This document shows positions 52,389 through 62,081 of a stretch of 64,000 nt of DNA, one piece after another. The DNA comes from Cyanophyceae cyanobacterium. Its GTDB lineage: Bacteria; Cyanobacteriota; Cyanobacteriia; Cyanobacteriales; Laspinemataceae. The notes beneath the pieces are model-generated. The model saw only the letters and a list, made by a program, of their open reading frames with translations. It did not search any database and was not told the DNA's origin. The stretch covers positions 1 through 64,000 of the forward strand of contig JBBQFN010000018.1 of NCBI GenBank assembly GCA_038321985.1. Reading direction: 5' to 3'. How positions within the stretch are numbered: the stretch's first letter is position 1; the number at the start of each line of letters is the position of its first letter. A program made the position numbers and the translations under genes.

Positions 52389-53198
52389 ATGAGTGGAAAA
52401 ATTTTAGAAAATCAAGTGGTTTTGGTAACCGGATCGAGCTCGGGAATTGGTGCCGGAATTGCAGTCGGAATGGGAAATGCTGGTGCCAAGGTAGTTGTAA
52501 ACTATCGCAGCAGTCCAGAAGGGGCGGAAAAAGTTGTTGATGAAATTAAATCTAAGGGTGGAGAGGCGATCGCCATTCAAGGAGATATCAGCAAAGAAGA
52601 GGATGTACAAAAAATGTTCTCTCAATTGTGTGAGCATTTTGGCACAATTGATATTCTAATCAATAATGCAGGACTTCAGCAAGACGCGAATCTGGTTGAC
52701 ATGACCCTCGCCCAATGGCAAAAAGTCATAGATGTCAACCTCACCGGACAATTTCTCTGTACCCGAGAAGCGGTGAAAGAATTTATGCGCCGGGGTCTCG
52801 TTAAAGAGCGATCGCGCGCTGTCGGTAAAATTATCTTTATCAGTTCCGTTCATGAAGTGATACCTTGGGCCGGTCACTCCAACTATGCCGCATCTAAAGG
52901 CGGAATCAAACTCTTTATGCAAAGTATCGCCCAAGAAGTTGCCCACCACAAAATCCGCGTCAATGGAATTGCTCCCGGTGCGATTAAAACTCCCATTAAT
53001 GAAGATGCCTGGGACACCCCCGAAGACGAAGCCGAACTGCTCAAATTGATTCCCTACAAACGGATAGGCGTTCCCGAAGATATTGCCAAAGTCGCCGTCT
53101 GGTTGGCCTCGGATGAGTCAGACTATGTACATGGAGAAACCATCTTCGTCGATGGCGGTATGACATTATATCCCGCCTTTGGCGAAGGTCAAGGGTAA
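52389..53198 (+). CDS. Glucose 1-dehydrogenase-like SDR
   Basis: TGSSSGIG, NNAG, SSVHEVIPW, YAASKGG, GAIKTPIN, VDGGMTLYP. Confidence 0.88.
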   Translation: MSGKILENQVVLVTGSSSGIGAGIAVGMGNAGAKVVVNYRSSPEGAEKVVDEIKSKGGEAIAIQGDISKEEDVQKMFSQLCEHFGTIDILINNAGLQQDANLVDMTLAQWQKVIDVNLTGQFLCTREAVKEFMRRGLVKERSRAVGKIIFISSVHEVIPWAGHSNYAASKGGIKLFMQSIAQEVAHHKIRVNGIAPGAIKTPINEDAWDTPEDEAELLKLIPYKRIGVPEDIAKVAVWLASDESDYVHGETIFVDGGMTLYPAFGEGQG

Positions 53199-53466
53199 AT
53201 CAACCCCCTCCCCCCAAACCCCGATGCAGCAATTCCCTAAACCCATGATGCGCCATGATGACAAATTCATCTCATTCACCCGGGGGGAAATGGGTGGGAA
53301 TTTCATGGCAACAGGGGAATAATCATCATCACGCCACTGGATTGATTGGCGAGGGTGTCTGTTTTGATTATACTTTGTTGGGGTGATTTGGGAATGAGAG
53401 CAGGAATTGACCGAGTGATAAATTGCGTCCCGGTGTACAACTCAAAGGGCGAAAGTGAGAAATATC

Positions 53467-56400
53467 TCACGGCGATGGGAATCCGGCCAACCGCAGGAAA
53501 TGCACCCGCCCCACATAATCCCCCGCCACCACCGTCACCCCATCGGGGGCAATGGCACAGCATTCTAACGCAGCATCAGCCGGAAAACAGGCTATTTCCT
53601 CCCCCCTGACCAGATTCCACACTTTCAGGGTGTCCACTGAACCGGAAACCACCCGTTGCCCATCGGGACTGATGGCGACCGCCAATACCGGCCAACTATG
53701 TCCTGTGAGGGTGCGTTCCTCCTCCCCTGTAGCCACATTCCACACCTTCAGAGTTTTATCTCTTGAACCGGAAACGACCCGTTGCCCATCAGGGCTGACG
53801 GCGACGGCACATACCCAGTCACGATGCCCTGTGAGAGTGCGTTCCTCCTCCCCTGTGGACAGGTTCCACACCTTCAGAGTCTTATCCCATGAACCGGAGA
53901 CCACCCATTGCCCATCGGGGCTGATGGCGATCGCATTTACCAAGCCACCATGCCCTATGAGGGTGTGTTCCTCCTTACCTGTAGCCAGATTCCAGACCTT
54001 CAGGGTGCCATCCAATTCCAATAATGAACCAGAAACCATCCGTTGCCCATCGGGGCTGATGGCCACGGCATTTACTGAGCCAAAATGCCCTATGAGGGTG
54101 AGGGTGCGTTCCTCCTCCCCCGTCACCAGATTCCAGACCTTCAGGGTGTTATCTATTGAATGCAAAACCACCCGTTGCCCATCGGGGCTGATGGCAACCT
54201 CAGATATCCCGTCATCATGCACTGTGAAGGTGCGTTCCTCCTCCCCTGTGGACAGATTCCACACCTTCAGAGTTTTATCCTTTGAACCGGAAACCACCCG
54301 TTGCCCATCGGGGCTGATGGCGACGGCATATACCGAACTACCATGCCCAGTGAGAGTGAGTTCCTCCTCCCCTGTAGATAGGTTCCAGATTTTTAGGGTG
54401 TTATCCACTGAACCAGAAACCACCCGTTGCCCATCGAGGCTGATGGCGACAGCAGATACCGACCCATTATGCCCGGTGAGGGTGCGTTCCTCCTTCCCGG
54501 TGGCGAGATTCCACACCTTCAGGGTTTTACCCAATGAACCGGACATCACCCGTTGCCCATCGGGGCTGATGGTGACAGCACTTACCCAACCACCATGCCC
54601 GGTGAGGGTGAGTTCCTCCTCCCCTGTAGCCAAATTCCACACTTTCAGGGTTTTATCCTGTGAACCAGAAACCACCCGTTGCCCATCCGGGCTGATGGTG
54701 ACGGCACTTACCCAACCACCATGCCCGGTGAGGGTACGTTCCTCCTTCCCTGTGGCCAAATTCCAGACTTTCAGGGTCTTATCCACTGAACCGGAAACCA
54801 CCCGTTGCCCATCCGGGCTGATGGCGACCGCAGTTACCGAGCCACCATGCCCGCTGAGAGTGCGTTCCTCCTCCCCCGTGACCAAGTTCCAGACCTTCAG
54901 GGTATTATCCCATGAACCGGAGACCACCCATTGCCCATCGGGGCTGATGGCGATCGCATTTACCGAGCCATCATGACCTGTGAGGGTGCGTTCCTCCTTC
55001 CCTGTGACCAGTTTCCAGATTTTCAGGGTCTTATCCCTTGAACTGGAAACCACCCGTTGCCCATCCGGGCTGATGGCGACGGCATTTACCGAGTCACCAT
55101 GCCCGGTGAGAGTGCGTTCCTCCTCACCTGTAGCCAAATTCCAGACTTTCAGGGTATTATCCAGTGAACCGGAAACCACCCGTTGCCCATCGGGGCTGAT
55201 GGCGACGGCACTTACCGAGTCACCATGCCCGGTGAGGGTGCGGATTAAGGGGCCACCAGGAGGGGTGAGGTTAGGGAAGAGAGGACGAATCCAGGGTTTT
55301 CTTTGACATTGTTGCGCCTGGGTCAGCAGTTGGGTGATGGCGGGGAACGTCTCCCTTTGAGGAGTCGGCGGATACTTGGGTAAATGCTGACCAATGCCCG
55401 GAATCCGCTCCCAGAAATAGCGATAGGGAGGTTGAGGGGGGGTCATCTCCGCAAAAGACAACAACCGCCCTAAAAGTTGCCCCGCCAGTTGACTGGGATC
55501 CTGCTGCACCACATGGGCGGACAAGCGCACCGCCTCCCCCACCAGCCCCAGGTCCCGACTTGCCACTGCCTCTGGAACCGCCTCAAAATCCGCCAACACC
55601 GCCCCCACCCCCAGGCGCTCTATCTTCCCCTGCAACCACCGAAAATCCAGTAACAGGGGTGGGATGTGGTGTGGGCAAACTTGGAGATGGTGACGAATGG
55701 CATAGCGACCAAAATACTCATCCGCCGTCGCCTCGTGATAGCCTTCGGGATAGCGTTGACCATAAGCGGCGAAAAACTGCTCCTGACGCGCCGTCAAATC
55801 CCCCGCCTTTTGGCGCACATAATCCACTTGCAAATCGTGCAGATTCAGCCGCCCCAACTCATCCCGCAACAGCAACGACTTCGCCACCAAACAATCCACC
55901 ACATCTTGCACCGCCAAGGCATCCAGCCCGATCGCCCCCCAGAAAATTTCCAGCACCCCCTCGGGAATCGGCGTACCCTTCGGGAAAATCGCCAAATCCA
56001 GATACCGAGGCGCGATATCCGGTATATCCTCTGACGCCAACGCATCCACACTCGCTTCCAGCACCTTCAGCAAATTGGGATAATTGGGATAATCCGGGAA
56101 CTTGTAGGCAATCCGGGCTAAATCCGCCGATCGCAATTTTTCCAGCACATTCCGCCAACGGTTTGCCCCGTTCCCACAAACCATCGCCCCGGCCATTGCC
56201 ACCGCCAAAGGCAAATAGCCACATTCCTGCACCACCTCCACCGCCTCCGTTGGCAATCCTTCCGGGTGTTCCCCCGCCCACTGCGCCACCAACCCTAACC
56301 CCTGCTCCTCCGACAACAGCCCCACCTCATGACCTTGGGCCGCCAACCCCCTCACTAACCTCCCATCCCGGGTCGTCAACAACAATTGACACCGTGGCCC

Positions 56401-57654
56401 CAACCCGTAAAACGCCTCCGCGTGGGACATCTGCCAAACATCATCCAACACCAATAAACAAACGCGCTCCTCCAACTGTTGCGCCAGTGCCGCTTTCCCC
56501 TGCGCCACATCCTCAAAAAAGAGGCGCGTCCCGGTAAAATAGGCCACACAGTCCACCAATCGCGTGATCAGGTTCGGTTCTTGTCCCAACGTCACCCACA
56601 GCACCCCATCAGGAAACCGTGCTCCCACCGCCTCATCCCGCGCCACCGCCGCCGCCAGCACGGACTTACCAATGCCGCCCATCCCCTGCACCCCCACCCG
56701 CTGCGCCACCCCCGTCATCACCAAAGTTTGGGACTCGGTTCCCAGCAGCTTGGCTTTAATCGCCTCAACTTCTTCTAAGCGCGGCAAAAACTTCAGAGGC
56801 AACGATGGCACATTAAACAACCGGGAACGGGGTGCAGCGGTTGCCCCTTCCCCCCCTGCCAGTCGGTCAATCTTGCCTTCCATGCGCTCTAACTGTCTCG
56901 TCTGGCGCAAGAAATTCTCCTCTAAAATACTCAGCACCTGCTCCACATCTTCCCGGTGCGCCAACTTCGGCAAATACTGCTGAATTTCCTCAATCTTCGC
57001 CAAAGTTGCCCCATGCAAATCAAAAACCATCCCGGCAAACGCTTTCGGGTCATCCTTCAACACCTGACGCAAATACTTCCCAAAATTCGCCGCCAACTCC
57101 CCCGCCAACGCCACCACCACATCGTTATACTTCGCCCTTTCCCCAGGCAACATCCCCCGCCCATAGCCCCACGCCACCAAATCCTCACTCAACTCCTGCC
57201 ACTCGTCCGCCTTCAAAACCTGGTAGTTGCTGAACCGTTCCGGAGCTTGGCTAAACAAGTCATAAAGCTGCTCCTCCTGCAACGTTTCAAACACATTAAT
57301 GCCCTGCACCCGCTCCAACCAATAGGCTTCCACCCCATCCGCCAACCCCTGCAATGCCGCACGCAACTCCGGGAACTGGGGGATGATGCGCTCCTCTAAA
57401 GTTTTCCTCACCGTCCGTCCCGCCGCCTTCGCTAAATCCTCATTCCGCAACACCTCCCCATGATTGCGAAATCGCTCCCTCAACGCCCCTAAATTATTCG
57501 CCTCCATCCCCGCCAAAAAATTGCCCACCATTCCCCAATGCGGCGCAGCACCCACAGTCAGCATCGCCAGCACCCCCAACAGCGCCGTTTCCCCCAATAG
57601 GCTTCGATTCACCTTCAGCCACCGCTTCCCATCCATACCCTGTACCTCAACCAC
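53467..57654 (-). CDS. STAND NB-ARC (APAF-1-like) protein with 14 WD40 repeats and an unknown N-terminal domain
   Basis: GMGGIGKS Walker A, LLVLDDVW Walker B, LTTR, GYLPLA, LHDL; WD40 array. Confidence 0.92.
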   Translation of the reverse strand: MVEVQGMDGKRWLKVNRSLLGETALLGVLAMLTVGAAPHWGMVGNFLAGMEANNLGALRERFRNHGEVLRNEDLAKAAGRTVRKTLEERIIPQFPELRAALQGLADGVEAYWLERVQGINVFETLQEEQLYDLFSQAPERFSNYQVLKADEWQELSEDLVAWGYGRGMLPGERAKYNDVVVALAGELAANFGKYLRQVLKDDPKAFAGMVFDLHGATLAKIEEIQQYLPKLAHREDVEQVLSILEENFLRQTRQLERMEGKIDRLAGGEGATAAPRSRLFNVPSLPLKFLPRLEEVEAIKAKLLGTESQTLVMTGVAQRVGVQGMGGIGKSVLAAAVARDEAVGARFPDGVLWVTLGQEPNLITRLVDCVAYFTGTRLFFEDVAQGKAALAQQLEERVCLLVLDDVWQMSHAEAFYGLGPRCQLLLTTRDGRLVRGLAAQGHEVGLLSEEQGLGLVAQWAGEHPEGLPTEAVEVVQECGYLPLAVAMAGAMVCGNGANRWRNVLEKLRSADLARIAYKFPDYPNYPNLLKVLEASVDALASEDIPDIAPRYLDLAIFPKGTPIPEGVLEIFWGAIGLDALAVQDVVDCLVAKSLLLRDELGRLNLHDLQVDYVRQKAGDLTARQEQFFAAYGQRYPEGYHEATADEYFGRYAIRHHLQVCPHHIPPLLLDFRWLQGKIERLGVGAVLADFEAVPEAVASRDLGLVGEAVRLSAHVVQQDPSQLAGQLLGRLLSFAEMTPPQPPYRYFWERIPGIGQHLPKYPPTPQRETFPAITQLLTQAQQCQRKPWIRPLFPNLTPPGGPLIRTLTGHGDSVSAVAISPDGQRVVSGSLDNTLKVWNLATGEEERTLTGHGDSVNAVAISPDGQRVVSSSRDKTLKIWKLVTGKEERTLTGHDGSVNAIAISPDGQWVVSGSWDNTLKVWNLVTGEEERTLSGHGGSVTAVAISPDGQRVVSGSVDKTLKVWNLATGKEERTLTGHGGWVSAVTISPDGQRVVSGSQDKTLKVWNLATGEEELTLTGHGGWVSAVTISPDGQRVMSGSLGKTLKVWNLATGKEERTLTGHNGSVSAVAISLDGQRVVSGSVDNTLKIWNLSTGEEELTLTGHGSSVYAVAISPDGQRVVSGSKDKTLKVWNLSTGEEERTFTVHDDGISEVAISPDGQRVVLHSIDNTLKVWNLVTGEEERTLTLIGHFGSVNAVAISPDGQRMVSGSLLELDGTLKVWNLATGKEEHTLIGHGGLVNAIAISPDGQWVVSGSWDKTLKVWNLSTGEEERTLTGHRDWVCAVAVSPDGQRVVSGSRDKTLKVWNVATGEEERTLTGHSWPVLAVAISPDGQRVVSGSVDTLKVWNLVRGEEIACFPADAALECCAIAPDGVTVVAGDYVGRVHFLRLAGFPSP
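53470..55242 (-). repeat. Intragenic ~126-bp WD40 tandem repeats
   Basis: 13 near-identical 42-aa units (TLTGH...AISPDGQRVVSGS.D.TLKVWNL) plus one divergent terminal unit. Confidence 0.95.
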
Positions 57655-57753
57655 TGCACCTATTTTACTGAAGGTTCCTCAACTTGGGCAGGATTTGTCA
57701 GCCGCCTATTTTGAAAATCCACCCTCAATGTAGTAAAAAAACCCGCAGCGTCA

Positions 57754-57820
57754 AGCCTGGGGCTACACGGACGAAGCCCGTGGTTCGACGGTGCTCACCA
57801 GAGCCCTGCGCGGGCTAAGA
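57754..57820. repeat. REP-like repeat interrupted by a 24-nt insertion
   Basis: agcctggggctacacggacgaagcccg[tggttcgacggtgctcaccagagc]cctgcgcgggctaaga; related hairpin aagcccgcctgatcgcgggctt at ~42926. Confidence 0.55.
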
Positions 57821-57919
57821 GGTAAAACCTACTTTTACCAACCGGATTTGGTATTAGATTTGAGAGGTCTATAATCTGCTACAATTTAGACTTGAGAGTT
57901 CCATAATCTGGCAAAAATT

Positions 57920-58150
57920 ATGCGGTCAATTGAGCAACTGACTGAGGAAATATTATCCCTGCCTAGTGAGGTGAGAGCACTTCTCGCGGATAAGTTAGTG
58001 GAAAGTTTGGAATTCAGTGCTGACTCAGCAATTCAGGCAGCTTGGGTCACTGAAGCCCAGCGCCGGAGAGATGAGGTCCGAAATGGCTCTGTTGAAACTA
58101 TTTCAGGGGAAGAGGCTTTAGCGAAAGTCAGACGGTTGATTGAGTCATGA
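57920..58150 (+). CDS. Putative addiction-module antitoxin (Unstab_antitox-like)
   Basis: L.LP..RA.LA..L.ESL...W..EA.RR pattern; ATGA overlap with the toxin gene. Confidence 0.8.
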   Translation: MRSIEQLTEEILSLPSEVRALLADKLVESLEFSADSAIQAAWVTEAQRRRDEVRNGSVETISGEEALAKVRRLIES

Positions 58151-58438
58151 AGTATATTTTTCATCCTGAAGCACTGACTGAATATGCGGAAGCCGTTCAA
58201 TATTACACCGAGCAGGGGGTTGAGGTCGCACAAGCATTCGTCAGCGCGATCGAGGATACAGTCTATCGGATCAGGGAGTCTCCAATCCGCTATGCTGTAG
58301 TTGATGAAGATGTTCGGCGATGTATGACGCGCAGATTTCCATATTGGTGTTCTCTACACAATTGAGCCAGACTACATCCTGATTTTGGCAGTCATGCATT
58401 GTAGTCGTGAGCCTGGATATTGGAAAAGCCGCAAGTAA
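58147..58438 (+). pseudogene. RelE/ParE-family toxin with a +1 frameshift
   Basis: FHPEA..EY..A..YY...RRFPY, then one extra T at ~58345; the shifted frame reads GVLYTIEPDYILILAVMHCSREPGYWKSRK*. Confidence 0.85.
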
Positions 58439-58639
58439 TTCAAGCTGACTTGCCTATTTCCTCGTGACTGCTCCTCGTGACTGGGCTTCTGCCGAGTCAC
58501 GCCCTAAGTGTTAGATATTATTAGTGAGTTCGCGAAGCGCCGCTGTAGGAGTTGAGAAGGGTGCAGATGTCAGTGAGCGGGACATCCCCTTCCCTGATAT
58601 TATGGGCAAATCCTGTCCTGAATGTCTAATTAAGCAACT

Positions 58640-60244
58640 GTGACTCCTGTGTTTGAATCCTTTGAACCCACACCCTCCCCGGAAGAACTCACCGATATTG
58701 TGATCATCGGGAGTGGGATTGGCGGATTGTGCTGTGCTGCATTGTTGGCTCAGTATGGATTTGCAGTAACGGTTTGTGAGAGTCATAACATAGCAGGGGG
58801 TGCAGCTCATGGTTTTTCGAGAAATGGCTATACTTTTGATTCGGGTCCATCGTTGCATTCCGGTTTGTCTGACTCTTCCTCTGCTCACCCGCTTAAACAA
58901 GTGTTAGATATTATTGGTGAGGCGGTTCCTTGTCTGACCTATGATACTTGGGGTTGTTATCTTCCCGAAGGTGAGTTAAAGATTGCCGTAGGTGCGGACC
59001 CGTTTTGTGAGGTGCTGCAAGAGTTGCGAGGTAGGGTTGCGGTTCAGGAATGGCGGAGGTTGCAACAGGTGATGGAACCGTTAGCAGCAGCAGCGAAGGC
59101 GATTCCTCCGACTGCCTTGCGCTGGGATTGGGGGGCGGCGATCGCCTCGGTACGTTTTGCACCGGCTATTTTCCCTCATTTGAGAAACATCGTCAAACTC
59201 ACGGGTCCTTTTAGTCGAATCATGGATGAAGTAATCCAGGACCCGTTTATCCGCAACTGGTTGGATTTGCTCTGTTTTCTCCTTTCTGGACTGCCTGCAT
59301 CGGGGACTAGCGCCGCAGAAATGGCCTTTATGTTTGCGGAATGGTATCGCCCGGGAGTGGTGCTAGAGTACCCCATTGGCGGCAGTGGGGCGATCGCAGA
59401 TGCTTTGGTTCGGGGACTGGAAAAACAGGGGGGACGGTTACGGCTGAATGCTCATGTTGAACAAGTGCTGGTAAAAGGCGATTCCCTTCGGGATAGCTTC
59501 GCTTCACGCGCGGTGGGAGTGCGTCTGCGCGGAGGGAATGTGATTAAAGCCCGTCAAGCGGTGGTGTCGAATGCGTCGGTGTGGGATACCCTGAAATTGT
59601 TACCCCAGGATGCGGTTCCGAAATCATTTCGCAGTCGCCGTCAAGCCACTCCCGCTTGTGAGAGTTTCATGCACTTACATTTGGGCATTGATGCGGCTGG
59701 ATTACCTTCGGATTTAGCCTGTCATTATATCATTGTTAACGATTGGAGTCAAGGGGTGACGGCCCCGCAAAATGTGATTTTAGTCTCCATTCCCTCGGTT
59801 TTAGACCCGTCTCTCGCCCCATCGGGAAAGCACGGGATTCATGTTTATACTCCCGGGAATGAACCATATCAGTTATGGGCGGGACTTGAGCGCAATAGTG
59901 CGGCTTATCAAGAATTGAAACAAGAACGGGCGGAGGTGATGTGGCAAGGTTTAGAACGAATTATTCCCGATATTAGACAGCGATGTGAGGTCACATTGGT
60001 GGGAACTCCGCTGACTCATGAGCGATTTTTACGACGCGATCGCGGTTCTTATGGTCCTGCCATTGCTGCTGGAAGTGGGTTTTTTCCGGGTCCAACGACT
60101 CCGTTATCGGGGTTATTCTGCTGTGGGGATTCCACCTTTCCCGGAATCGGTTTACCTGCTGTTGCCGCCAGTGGCGCGATCGCTGCCAATACGATCGCCC
60201 CCTTGAACAAGCATCTGGCAATGCTAAAGGCGATCGGTTTTTAA
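58640..60244 (+). CDS. Phytoene desaturase/carotenoid isomerase-like FAD oxidoreductase (COG1233-type)
   Basis: IGSGIGG, FDSGPS, SFMHLHLG, GTPLTHERFL, GDSTFPGIG. Confidence 0.88.
   Translation: MTPVFESFEPTPSPEELTDIVIIGSGIGGLCCAALLAQYGFAVTVCESHNIAGGAAHGFSRNGYTFDSGPSLHSGLSDSSSAHPLKQVLDIIGEAVPCLTYDTWGCYLPEGELKIAVGADPFCEVLQELRGRVAVQEWRRLQQVMEPLAAAAKAIPPTALRWDWGAAIASVRFAPAIFPHLRNIVKLTGPFSRIMDEVIQDPFIRNWLDLLCFLLSGLPASGTSAAEMAFMFAEWYRPGVVLEYPIGGSGAIADALVRGLEKQGGRLRLNAHVEQVLVKGDSLRDSFASRAVGVRLRGGNVIKARQAVVSNASVWDTLKLLPQDAVPKSFRSRRQATPACESFMHLHLGIDAAGLPSDLACHYIIVNDWSQGVTAPQNVILVSIPSVLDPSLAPSGKHGIHVYTPGNEPYQLWAGLERNSAAYQELKQERAEVMWQGLERIIPDIRQRCEVTLVGTPLTHERFLRRDRGSYGPAIAAGSGFFPGPTTPLSGLFCCGDSTFPGIGLPAVAASGAIAANTIAPLNKHLAMLKAIGF
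59483..59506 (+). mobile_element. 24-nt small dispersed repeat inserted in frame into a HIP1 site
   Basis: GCGAT[tcccttcgggatagcttcgcttca]CGC. Confidence 0.75.
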
Positions 60245-60270
60245 AACCTAAAAAACCTGATTCTTCTTCT

Positions 60271-60338
60271 GTTCGTAGTAACGCCTTCCGGCGTTACGGT
60301 GAACTTAGATAATAATGCCTGAAGGCGTTACTACGAAC
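60271..60338. repeat. REP-like inverted pair (GTTCGTAGTAACG family)
   Basis: gttcgtagtaacgccttccggcgtt ... aatgcctgaaggcgttactacgaac. Confidence 0.75.
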
Positions 60339-61383
60339 TCACAGAATGGCTTAAAACATCGCGATGGTGAGGTTCTTGTAAGTTGGTTATGGTAGGCCCA
60401 GAGGGGATAATTCCACCGGGATTTAAGGGGAATAAGTTACCGTAATAATCTCGTTTGATACTATCGAGGTCACAGGTATCGGCGACGCCCGGGAGTTGAT
60501 AGATATCCCGGAGATACCCGCCTAGGTTTTGATAGTCTTGAATTCGGCGTTGGTTGCACTTAAATAAGCCGTAATATACGATATCAAAGCGAAATAAGGT
60601 AGTGAATAGACGGACGTCGGCTAGGGTGAGGCGATCGCCAGATAAATACCGATTCGTTTCTAATACGGTGTCTATTTCCTCTAAGGTAGTAAATAGTTCC
60701 TTACAGGCGGTGTCATACGCCTCTTGGCTTTGAGCAAATCCACATCGATAGACGCCATTATTAATAGCAGGGTAAATTTTATCGTTCCATTTTTCTACTT
60801 CGGCTTGTAATTCTTCAGGATATAAATTCAGTTCAGGATGGGTGCTAAATTCGTTAAATTCTGAGTTTAACATGATGATGATTTCAGCACTTTCATTATT
60901 GACAATCGTCTGGGTTTGTGTATCCCAGAGGATGGGAACGGTGCAGCGCCCCTGATATCCAGGACGGGCGATCGCATACAATTCGGGGACCGTTTGACAG
61001 CCGTATTCTTCCTGGTCGAGTACCCAGATTCCGGCATCGGGAGAGGGGGAGACAATGGCTACCGAAATGGCGGATTCTAATCCTTTGAGCGATCGCACGA
61101 CCAAAGTCCGATGCGCCCAAGGACAGCCTAATCCCACATATAGACGATACCGTTCCGTTGCTGGGGGATAGGGGTTTTGCGGTTGGGTTCCCACCGCATT
61201 TCTAAACTCACTGGTTGGACGAATATATTCCCCGGTTTGACTACGAGGTGCAAGTTTGGACATCATGAGTTGCCACATTGTTGTCCAGACAAATTTGCCG
61301 AATTTAATAATAAATTTGGACGGCAATGTTTTCCCTTTTTTGGGGAGATTGTCAGTTTTGACGGGTGGGGTTTCTGAAGACAT
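60331..61383 (-). CDS. Glutathione S-transferase, glutathionyl-hydroquinone reductase (YqjG/ECM4-like)
   Basis: CPWAHR, TVPILWD, IVNNESAEI, NNGVYRCGFA, RFDIVY. Confidence 0.92.
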   Translation of the reverse strand: MSSETPPVKTDNLPKKGKTLPSKFIIKFGKFVWTTMWQLMMSKLAPRSQTGEYIRPTSEFRNAVGTQPQNPYPPATERYRLYVGLGCPWAHRTLVVRSLKGLESAISVAIVSPSPDAGIWVLDQEEYGCQTVPELYAIARPGYQGRCTVPILWDTQTQTIVNNESAEIIIMLNSEFNEFSTHPELNLYPEELQAEVEKWNDKIYPAINNGVYRCGFAQSQEAYDTACKELFTTLEEIDTVLETNRYLSGDRLTLADVRLFTTLFRFDIVYYGLFKCNQRRIQDYQNLGGYLRDIYQLPGVADTCDLDSIKRDYYGNLFPLNPGGIIPSGPTITNLQEPHHRDVLSHSVSS

Positions 61384-61477
61384 AAGACGCTCTATTGATA
61401 GAATAAATTAAGACGAAACTTTTCTAAAAATCTCCGGTTGTAAGCCGAGGGATTCAGTACGGCTGGGTAGTCCCCCT

Positions 61478-61984
61478 TTATTCGGGTAATTGTTCTTTGA
61501 GGGAGGAAATCATCTGGGGATTCAGCTTAATTTTAATTTCGACTAATCGAGTAGTATCTCGAAAAATCAAAGTTTGATTATCTTCTACCAAAATTTCCGC
61601 CTCTTTCAAGGTCAAGGTTTGATATTTAAGGGCAGCTAATTTCATCTGAATCACGAGACTGGGTTGGGATTTGGGATAAATGTAGAGTTGCTGCCGTTTT
61701 GGGTCGAGTTGCAGTTGCCTAACGGTGGTATTACGTTCGTCTGGCATCCCCGGTTTTTGCCAATAGAGGGTAATGCCGCGCACGTCAGGGTTGCCGATCG
61801 CAAAGGTTTCATCAAAGCGTTGAGGTTCCCAGTCCAATTCGCGCACATTACCGTTTTCCGGCAGGATACGCTGGCGCAAGGCGATTTCTTTGCCGTTGAG
61901 ACTGCACCACCATTGACGGATTGTCTCGAAATTTTTAGCCTGATCGGGATTATTATTACCAGACTGCCAAGTAATCAATGGCAT
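61478..61984 (-). CDS. Conserved hypothetical protein
   Basis: 168-aa ORF with a strong AAGGAGG SD; no motif recognised. Confidence 0.75.
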   Translation of the reverse strand: MPLITWQSGNNNPDQAKNFETIRQWWCSLNGKEIALRQRILPENGNVRELDWEPQRFDETFAIGNPDVRGITLYWQKPGMPDERNTTVRQLQLDPKRQQLYIYPKSQPSLVIQMKLAALKYQTLTLKEAEILVEDNQTLIFRDTTRLVEIKIKLNPQMISSLKEQLPE

Positions 61985-62081
61985 GATTCGCCCTCCTTAT
62001 TGATACCCATTGTTCCTATTTTAGAGTTTAAATTAGATTTTAAAGTGGACTGTACATTGGCAACGCTAAACCTTCCCCCAA

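Noticed and set aside
53552..55306. Long plus-strand ORFs (474 aa and 108 aa)
   Set aside because: Antisense shadows of the WD40 repeats; stop-free because of repeat codon bias
55560..57733. Several Pro-rich plus-strand ORFs
   Set aside because: Shadows of the G-rich NB-ARC coding strand with low-complexity translations
57781..57800. tRNA-like 3' end (GGTTCGA...CACCA) as a possible att site
   Set aside because: No cloverleaf or proper T-stem and no integrase; better explained as a 24-nt dispersed insert
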